Positions 9,187 through 15,798 of a stretch of 22,000 bases of DNA are shown here, one piece after another; position 1 is the stretch's first letter; every line of letters starts with the position of its first letter. The translations under genes and the position numbers were made by a program. Origin of the DNA: Candidatus Methylomirabilia bacterium (GTDB lineage Bacteria; Methylomirabilota; Methylomirabilia; Rokubacteriales; CSP1-6). The DNA is taken from assembly GCA_046758965.1 (NCBI GenBank), contig JBHIBG010000042.1:1-22000 (forward strand), given 5' to 3'. The notes beneath the pieces were generated by a model that saw nothing but the letters and a program-made list of their open reading frames with translations, ran no database searches and was not told where the DNA came from.

Positions 9187-9330
9187 GTTTGGCCTCCCCC
9201 GTGTCCCGTTAGCTAGGAACGTGGATTTCGGCCCCGCGCGAGGAGCGAATCGCCCCGAGCTAGGACGCCTTCCTCAGAGTTGGCGAAACTGGGCCGGGCC
9301 GCACCCCCGAGCCCTCACGCCATGGCGCGA

Positions 9331-9369
9331 ACATTACCAGGGGCGGCCACGCGTGTCAAGGCACACGCG
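9331..9369 (-). promoter_or_regulatory. Sigma70 promoter of the amidase operon with an overlapping palindrome
   Basis: TTGACA (9359-9354), 17-bp spacer, TGg-TAATGT (9336-9331, extended -10); inverted repeat CGCGTGT-N6-ACACGCG (9350-9369) covers the -35. Confidence 0.7.
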
Positions 9370-9499
9370 CCGCGACACGGCGGCTCTGGTCGGCGCGCCT
9401 CGCCACGGCCCGGCCGCCCAAATCTGCCGCCGTGCTCCACGGCCCGGTACGGCGCAAGCCCGACGTCCCAGATCACGCGCTCAACCATTTCGGTAACCG

Positions 9500-9874
9500 A
9501 TGCGCCTCGGCGCCTGCCAGTCCCTCGCCAAGGCCTTGGGCGAGGCTGAGCTGGTGGAGCTTGTCGCCAAGGCGGTCGAGAAGCGCGCTCTCAGAAGGCA
9601 GAACGTTCACCTCAAAGGCCTCATCACCCAGACGGATCCGCCTCGCGTCGTGGTGGGGGAGAGCAAAGCGATCCGGGAGGTGCTCGGGGCCGGCGAGCGG
9701 CTAGCTGAGAGCGACAGCCCGGTCCTGTCAGAACTCTCCGGCCACACGAAGGGAGCCTTCAGTGGGGCCGTGCTGGGAAAATTGTCTCTCCCGCTCGCGC
9801 GGACCCTGGCCGATCACCACACGTCGAACGCCGACCCGAGCGGTCAGAACCTCCGCTCCATTACGACACAGTGA
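9500..9874 (+). pseudogene. Internally deleted NtrC-family sigma54 activator relic
   Basis: Receiver tail/linker ELVELVAKAVEKRALRRQNVHL...VVGESKAIREV...LAESDSPVL joined directly to SELSGHTKGAFSGA (ESELFGHxKGAFTGA-like); Walker A segment, most of the receiver and the HTH are absent. Confidence 0.8.
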
Positions 9875-12033
9875 ACGCCGAGTCCCGCGTAGTCGAGGAC
9901 GGTCGGCACGTCGCCCTGCCACACGGCGTCGCCCTCACGAAATGTGAAGCCGAGGCGCCGGTGGAAGGCGAGCGAGCCGGTGTTGTTGGGGACCGTGATC
10001 GCCACAACCTTCCGGCATCCCCGGCCCCGGACGAGGCGAAAGAAGCTCTCGTAAAGCGCGCGCCCGACCCCTTGGCCGCGCCGGTCCGGTGCCGTCCCGA
10101 TCATGTGGACGTATGCTTCTTCCGGATGGCTTTGGCAGACGAAGCCGACGAGGAATCCCGCGAGCCCCCGGTCATCCTCCAGCACCAGCGCCGTGTCGGA
10201 GAAATGCTCGACATACATGGGATGGAGGAGATACTGAACCGCATCGCCCCACCACGCGTCGACGACTTGGCACAGGAACCAGTAGTCGGCCTTTGTCATG
10301 CGTCGGATCCGCGGCCCTCTGAGCTCGCCGATGGCAGCGGGAAGCGCCACGGCCACGTCTCGCCGGAGAACCAGCGTCGCCTGCGCGTCCCACGGCGTCG
10401 GCGTTCGGTTCATGACGACGAGCGGCGCCCCCCGGGAGCGGATGATCTCGGGCAGGCTCGCCGCCGGCTCGACCTGGAGGGAGGTTCCGAGAATCAGCAT
10501 CAGATCCGCCCCGTGGCACCATTCGACGGCCTGAGCCAGCCGCTCCGGCGCCAGCGGCTCCCCGAAGCTGACGGTCTCCGTCTTCAGCAACCCATCGCAT
10601 GCATCGCATCGTGGGGCGACCCCGTTGATCCGCTGCGCCATTGTCCCGAACGGTGTCCGACGCCCGCATGCCACGCACACGACCCAGCGGGCGCTGCCGT
10701 GGAGCTCGATCACCCGAGTCGGCGAGCACCCCGCGGCCTGGTGCAGCCCGTCCACGTTCTGCGTGATGATGCCCAGCAGACGGCCGGACGCCTCCAGGCT
10801 CGCCAGCCCCCGGTGCCCGGCGTTCGGGGCGCTCCGGTCGAGCACGTGCATGAACCGCTTCTGCAGCCGCCAGTAGAGCCGGCGCGAGCGCTCCGACTCC
10901 AGAAAGCGTTGGTAGACGAGGTCCTCCGCGTTCGCATCGAACCAGAACCCGAGCTGGCTTCGGTAGTCCGGGACCCCCGACTCCGTGCTCATCCCCGCGC
11001 CGGACAGGACGACGATGCGCGATGAGCGCCGGAGCAGGCCGCTGAGCGCCTGAAGGTCTTTCGACGGTGTGCGCGACGTGCTCGCAGGCGCCTCCGGCCG
11101 GGAAGGCCCGCCCAAGCTCAGCGGGGCGGGGACCAGCCCCACGCCTGCCGTCACGCCCCGGCGGGCGAGAACCAGGCTTCCGAGCAGCACGATGTGCATG
11201 GGCATGGTAAGCGGGAACAGCCCAACGCTCGCGAGCGGCGGGGTGACCAGCACCCACAGCATCGCGGCGAGCCCCGCAGCGACGGCGGCGGCAACAACAC
11301 TGGCGGCGTTGAGCGGGAAGAAGACAACGCCGATGCCGACCGCCGCCGGAACGGCGTTGTAGGCGACCGCCCCAGTCCACAGCACCCCTTCGACCCCGCC
11401 CGAGGCGGCCACGACCGCGAGACCCGCTGCGGCCCCGAGAAGCGCCACAGCGAGCAACGCCCCCGACACCAGGGCGGCGGCCGTCGCCATGAGGATGAGC
11501 GCGGGAAGGGCTTGCGACGCAGCCTCGGCGACCTCGCCCAGCAGGACCGGGTTGTCCCAGCCCGCCAGCGGGCCGCTGATATGTGGCAGGGGTTCCGCCA
11601 CGACCTCCCGCCAGCCCGCGATCGTTCCGCCGATGGAGAACGCCCCGGTGACCAGAAGGAAAGGGAGTCCCAGGACCGGCAGGTCGAGACGGGACAGCGG
11701 GGGGAGCAACTCACCCTGGAGCCACGTCGCGCCGACCGCGGCCGGTACGAGAAGCCAGAACCCCGGTGAGCTGACCTCGAACAGCTCCGGCCAGACCAGC
11801 CCCACCATCGCCCCGTTGAAGCCGAAGAGACCGCTACGGAGGAGGAGGCGATTCCACCTGGACGAGGCGGCGAAGGCCGTGGCCGCGCAGAGACCGACCA
11901 GGGCGGTGAGCGTATGAAGCGGGGCAACGAGCGCCGCGGCGGCGACCAGGGCGGCGCCTGCTGCTGGCCTGTTCGACAGTAAGATCTGGGCGACACCCGA
12001 GAGAAGCGTCTCCGCCCAGGTTCGCGCCCTCAT
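9844..12033 (-). CDS. Triple fusion: urea-transporter-like membrane domain + Sir2/CobB NAD-dependent deacylase + GNAT acetyltransferase
   Basis: UT motifs SGVAQILL, GLFGFNGAMVG, LPVLGLPF, LFPLTMP (about 11150-12033); Sir2 GAGMSTESGVPDYR, TQNVDGLH, ELHGS, CxxC..CxxC, FGE, GTSLQVEPAA (about 10325-11060); GNAT VVDAWWG, APDRRGQGVGRALY, NTGSLAFHRRLGF (9844-10310). One uninterrupted frame. Confidence 0.9.
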   Translation of the reverse strand: MRARTWAETLLSGVAQILLSNRPAAGAALVAAAALVAPLHTLTALVGLCAATAFAASSRWNRLLLRSGLFGFNGAMVGLVWPELFEVSSPGFWLLVPAAVGATWLQGELLPPLSRLDLPVLGLPFLLVTGAFSIGGTIAGWREVVAEPLPHISGPLAGWDNPVLLGEVAEAASQALPALILMATAAALVSGALLAVALLGAAAGLAVVAASGGVEGVLWTGAVAYNAVPAAVGIGVVFFPLNAASVVAAAVAAGLAAMLWVLVTPPLASVGLFPLTMPMHIVLLGSLVLARRGVTAGVGLVPAPLSLGGPSRPEAPASTSRTPSKDLQALSGLLRRSSRIVVLSGAGMSTESGVPDYRSQLGFWFDANAEDLVYQRFLESERSRRLYWRLQKRFMHVLDRSAPNAGHRGLASLEASGRLLGIITQNVDGLHQAAGCSPTRVIELHGSARWVVCVACGRRTPFGTMAQRINGVAPRCDACDGLLKTETVSFGEPLAPERLAQAVEWCHGADLMLILGTSLQVEPAASLPEIIRSRGAPLVVMNRTPTPWDAQATLVLRRDVAVALPAAIGELRGPRIRRMTKADYWFLCQVVDAWWGDAVQYLLHPMYVEHFSDTALVLEDDRGLAGFLVGFVCQSHPEEAYVHMIGTAPDRRGQGVGRALYESFFRLVRGRGCRKVVAITVPNNTGSLAFHRRLGFTFREGDAVWQGDVPTVLDYAGLGVHCVVMERRF

Positions 12034-13487
12034 CACGGCCCATGCCCGTTCCGGCTATTCCCGTTCCGGCCATTGCCGTTTCGGCTCACCTCGGTTCTGA
12101 CCGCGCACCCGGCGGGCGGGCGGGCCGACCGGAGATGTGTCGGGATCTCGTCCAGCCGGATGAGGTCCTCCGTACGCTCGCCCCGGCGCAGGAGGTGAAG
12201 CTGCCCCTGGCTCACCATCACCACCGGCGGGCGGGGATAGATGAACTGCATGGAGTTGGAGATCGTGTAGGCGCCCGCATGCTTGATGAGGAGAATCGCG
12301 CCGCGCTGGAGGGACGGCAACGGGATGTCCCGCCGCAGCACGTCGATTTGCATACAGAGCGGCCCGAGCAGGTCGGCGGTCTCGACCGGACCGTCAGGCT
12401 CCTGCCCGGCGCTGACGGCGTGGCGGAAATAGTAAGCGGTGGACAGGAGGTTCACCCCGCCGTCAACCACCACGCCCTTGCGCTCCCCGAGCATGGTCTT
12501 GACCGACACCACGCTGACCAGCAGCGACACCGGTTCGTCCACCAGCGCCCGGCCCGGCTCGAGGATCAGCGTCGGCCGGCCACGCAGGCCGCGCAGACCT
12601 GTCTTCAGCGGCCGACAGATGGCCTCGGCGTACTGGTCGAACCCCGGCGTGGTCAGGTCGCCGGGCAACAGCTGTCCGAGCAGGGTGTTGCGGGAGGCGT
12701 ATCCACCGCCCAGGTCGAGATACTCGATGGGCCCGCACCCCTGCGCCTCCGCCGCCTTCGCGAGCTCCAGAAGTCCGGCGACGGCGCGCGCATAGATCTC
12801 CACCTGGGCGAGATACGTCCCGGCGTGGAGGTGAAACCCGGAGAGGGAAAGATGGGGCGAGGCATGGACGCGACGGCACGCGTCCAGCGCCTGCCCGGAC
12901 TCCAGGTTGAAGCCGAAACGATCCCAGGGCGGATCGTTGAGCCGCATGTTCACTCGGATGCCGACCTTCACCCGCCGACTTGCCGAGCGCGCCAGCTCCT
13001 GGATATCCGAGAGCTCCTCCAGAGAGTCCACGTTGATGCGGGCACCAAGGGCGATGGCCTGTCTCAACGCCTCGATCGGCTTGTGCGGGCCGTTGTAGAC
13101 GATCTGCTTCCCGGGCACGCCGAGGTGGCGCGCCAGCTCCATCTCGAACCCGGAGACCACTTCGGCATGGGCGCCCTCCTGGTGGAAGACGCGGACAATG
13201 CCGGGCACGTAGTTCGTCTTGTAAGAGTAGGCGATGACCGTGTCAGGGTAACGCGACCTGAACGCGGCTGCCATCACCCGATAGTTCCGCCTGAGCCCGG
13301 CCTCCGACACCACGTAGACGGGCGAGCCAAAGCGAGCGCGAATGGCCTGCACCGGGACGCCGTCGATGGCCGGCTCCACCGCCACCGGACGTACGCAGCG
13401 GCCATCTACCCACTGGCTATCCGGCGCGAGCAACCCGCGCGGGACGATGAGGGGGCGTTCGTAGGTATCTGGCGTGACTCGCTTCAT
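12033..13487 (-). CDS. Fold-type III PLP-dependent decarboxylase (DAP-decarboxylase superfamily, MccE-like subgroup)
   Basis: YSYKTNY (PLP Lys), AEVVSGFE, YNGPHK, HLHAGT, LDLGGG, EPGRALV, GPLCMQID, GAY; AAGGAG RBS before ATG 13487. Confidence 0.92.
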   Translation of the reverse strand: MKRVTPDTYERPLIVPRGLLAPDSQWVDGRCVRPVAVEPAIDGVPVQAIRARFGSPVYVVSEAGLRRNYRVMAAAFRSRYPDTVIAYSYKTNYVPGIVRVFHQEGAHAEVVSGFEMELARHLGVPGKQIVYNGPHKPIEALRQAIALGARINVDSLEELSDIQELARSASRRVKVGIRVNMRLNDPPWDRFGFNLESGQALDACRRVHASPHLSLSGFHLHAGTYLAQVEIYARAVAGLLELAKAAEAQGCGPIEYLDLGGGYASRNTLLGQLLPGDLTTPGFDQYAEAICRPLKTGLRGLRGRPTLILEPGRALVDEPVSLLVSVVSVKTMLGERKGVVVDGGVNLLSTAYYFRHAVSAGQEPDGPVETADLLGPLCMQIDVLRRDIPLPSLQRGAILLIKHAGAYTISNSMQFIYPRPPVVMVSQGQLHLLRRGERTEDLIRLDEIPTHLRSARPPAGCAVRTEVSRNGNGRNGNSRNGHGP

Positions 13488-14508
13488 GGTTGATTTCTCC
13501 TTGGACCACCAGTTGGCGCAGCGCATCGATCGTCGTGGCATGATCCACGGACACCCGGGCCAGGAACGTGCCGTCGGCGAAGGTCGTCCGACGGCTCGCC
13601 CGGAGGCCGAGCGCGAGCCGCACATACTCCAGGACCAGGTCCTGGCCGGCCGCCGCCGTGAGCGGGACCCAGGAAGGGAACCCCGGGGTGAGTCCGGTGA
13701 ACCACAGGCGACCGCGCTCGTCCAGCACGAAGCGGGCCTCCGCCGGGCCGGTCCACCGAAGCGCGGCGAGGGTGCGCCGCGCGTCTCCCACCAGGCGCGG
13801 CGTGGACATCGTGACTGCTGACCACACCACGCCGCTCTCGGACACGTTGAGCGGCCGCGCGGCGACCAGGCCGCCGGGTGCGGCGCCAGCGGTCACCGTC
13901 GCGACGCCGATCTCGATGCCCGGAATGGTTTCATGGATGCCCGCTGTGGCCCCGGCCGGAGCCGCATAGAGGACGGCGTGGAGGTCTGTGGAGCTGTGGG
14001 CCCATGCCACCCGGCCGTCGGCCCACCGAACCACCACCGGATACCGCCATGGACGGCGGAGCGCCTGGAGTGCGTTCGGGCCGGCGACCACGAAGTATTT
14101 GGGCGCTCGCACCGCACGACCGGTCGAGGGAAAAGGCAGCTCGCCGAGCCGGGCCGCCCTGGGTAGGACGGACCGCACCCCGGCCCGCTGGAGGGCTGGC
14201 TGCCAGGGGGCCAGGGCGATGATGTCGCCCGGGCTCCCGGGTAAGAGGACCAGCCGACCCACCTCCCGCCTGAGGCGTCGAAGCTCCGCGAGGAAGGCTT
14301 CGGGGTCCCGGGCGAGTGGTGGCGTGACCACGACGCGGTCGGCCACGTGAAGGCCGAAGATGCCGTCCCCGAAGGCCTCCGTCGCCAGCACGATGACACG
14401 CAGATCCATCCCCTGCTGGCGCCGGAGCATCTGCGCGGCCAACAGCCCTGCCGAAGGGGTATCCCCCCCGTACACGGAGGTAATCGCGACGGAGACCGGC
14501 CGGCTCAA
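13417..14508 (-). CDS. ATP-grasp fold paralog with a degenerate active site
   Basis: Collinear with the upstream ATP-grasp protein (SVAITSV..PSAGLLAAQMLR; LGWTG-like LRWTGPAE; FPSWV; LARVSVD), but E-x-N-P-R is replaced by GLTPG; TTG start overlaps the upstream TGA. Confidence 0.8.
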   Translation of the reverse strand: MSRPVSVAITSVYGGDTPSAGLLAAQMLRRQQGMDLRVIVLATEAFGDGIFGLHVADRVVVTPPLARDPEAFLAELRRLRREVGRLVLLPGSPGDIIALAPWQPALQRAGVRSVLPRAARLGELPFPSTGRAVRAPKYFVVAGPNALQALRRPWRYPVVVRWADGRVAWAHSSTDLHAVLYAAPAGATAGIHETIPGIEIGVATVTAGAAPGGLVAARPLNVSESGVVWSAVTMSTPRLVGDARRTLAALRWTGPAEARFVLDERGRLWFTGLTPGFPSWVPLTAAAGQDLVLEYVRLALGLRASRRTTFADGTFLARVSVDHATTIDALRQLVVQGEINHEASHARYLRTPPHRPARVARAG

Positions 14509-15575
14509 GAACGGAGTCTCCTCGCACCGTCCGGTCCGGCGAGCGCCTCCACGCTGTCGACCGGACTAAAGTGGTCTTCGACCATGCGGGCAAACAGCAC
14601 CCCTGGCGGCGGGGGAGGCAGTGGGGCTACGTGCTCGCCGGCCGCAATCCTCACCGCGGCCCACGGCAGGTTGGTCTCGGCGGCGGTCGCCAGATACACC
14701 CAGGCGGGAAAGCGAGGGTTGACTTCGAGGAGGTAGAGTGCCCCGCTGGTGCGGTCCCGGATGATCTCCAGTTCCGCCGCGCCTGCCCAGCCGAGCGCCC
14801 GCATCAGCCGATCGGATAGCGTCACCACGTCAGGCGCGTCAAGCGTGACGCCGGCCCACGCCTTTCCCTCGTTGGTGATCCCGAGCTTCCGCATGGGGAC
14901 GGCCCCGACCAGGCGCCCGTCACCGCCATAGAGCACCGCCACGTCCAGCTCGTCCCCCGCCACGCGCTCCTGGGCCAGCAGCGGGAGCCCCCACCGGGCA
15001 CTCAGCCGGTCGAACTCGAGGTAGGCGTGATCCGCCGTCATGACGAGCTTGGCGTCCGCGAACGAGCCCTTCAGGAAAAAAGGCAGCGGCAGCTGGCGGA
15101 GCGCGGTGTCCAGCGCCGCGCGCGACGTGACCACGAGGGTCCGGGGGACGTTGAAGCCGGTCTGGGGCGCCAGCTCCGGCAGGGTCGTCTTGGCCCGCCT
15201 GCGAATGGCACTGTCGCTGGGCAGGAGAGTGCGGACCCGCATCCGGGCCAGGCTCCGGCGCCCGGAGGCGCAGAGGAGCGCCTCCGGATCGAGGGTCGGG
15301 ATGAGGACATCGATCTTTTCGGAGCGCGCGATGCGCTGCAGGGCGGCGAGGTACGCCGCCTCCCCGCTGGCTGGCGCCGGGGTCAGATGAACGGCGTCGA
15401 AATAGGAGCTGTACGACCCGGTGAATCGCAAGTCGAAGGTGAGACCGACCAGGCGACCGCGGAACTCCCGAGCGGCCCGGAGGCTCCGCGCCACCGCCAC
15501 CCCCGGAGCAGGGTTGGCGGCGGCGGCGAGGCCGGTCACACCGACGGTCAGGCTACGCCCGGATCTCGAGCCCAT
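14505..15575 (-). CDS. ATP-grasp (carboxylate-amine) ligase
   Basis: IDVLIPTLD, PFFLKG, LLAQERVAGDE, GWAGAAELE, LYLLEVNPRFPAW motifs; ATG 15575 with GGAGG upstream inside the pqqD-like gene. Confidence 0.92.
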   Translation of the reverse strand: MGSRSGRSLTVGVTGLAAAANPAPGVAVARSLRAAREFRGRLVGLTFDLRFTGSYSSYFDAVHLTPAPASGEAAYLAALQRIARSEKIDVLIPTLDPEALLCASGRRSLARMRVRTLLPSDSAIRRRAKTTLPELAPQTGFNVPRTLVVTSRAALDTALRQLPLPFFLKGSFADAKLVMTADHAYLEFDRLSARWGLPLLAQERVAGDELDVAVLYGGDGRLVGAVPMRKLGITNEGKAWAGVTLDAPDVVTLSDRLMRALGWAGAAELEIIRDRTSGALYLLEVNPRFPAWVYLATAAETNLPWAAVRIAAGEHVAPLPPPPPGVLFARMVEDHFSPVDSVEALAGPDGARRLRS

Positions 15576-15798
15576 GGCGGCGGACCTCTGCGACGAACGC
15601 AAACACATCGTGCCGGGCCTGATCGTGACTGATCCCATACCGCTTCACCAGGCGGCTGGCCACCGTGTCAGCCGCGAGGTCTTTCGAGTACAGCTCCCAG
15701 ACCAGGGCTCCGGTCGAGTTCAGCGTGAACACGTCCCCGCTGTCGGGCTTGAAGACCAGGCTCGAAGCCACATCTGGAGCGCACTTGATGGCAGCCAT
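15553..15798 (-). CDS. Stand-alone PqqD-family protein / RiPP recognition element (81 aa)
   Basis: VFKPDSGDVFTLNSTGALVWELY...VASRLVKRYGISHDQARHDVFAFVAEVRRHGL fits the PqqD three-strand, three-helix pattern (LNxxG..IW..L; Y.v...a..Dv..fl..L...gl); abuts the TPR stop. Confidence 0.9.
   Translation of the reverse strand: MAAIKCAPDVASSLVFKPDSGDVFTLNSTGALVWELYSKDLAADTVASRLVKRYGISHDQARHDVFAFVAEVRRHGLEIRA

Noticed and set aside
9187..9325. Riboswitch in the amidase leader
   Set aside because: No known aptamer consensus recognised by eye; an Rfam scan would be needed.
10325..11060. Sir2 anti-phage NADase (Thoeris/DSR type)
   Set aside because: The domain has the Zn-ribbon CxxC pairs and CobB-like deacylase motifs, unlike defence SIR2 domains.
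12033..13487. Gene symbol lysA
   Set aside because: LysA-specific motifs are altered and the context is not lysine biosynthesis.
13417..15575. Graspetide (microviridin-type) ATP-grasp pair or carbamoyl-phosphate synthetase
   Set aside because: No Thr/Ser/Lys-Asp/Glu repeat precursor is visible, one copy lacks catalytic residues, and size and context do not fit CarB.
15553..15798. PQQ biosynthesis (pqqD proper) or a lasso peptide cluster
   Set aside because: No pqqA/B/C/E, asparagine-synthetase-like cyclase or B2 protease in the window.
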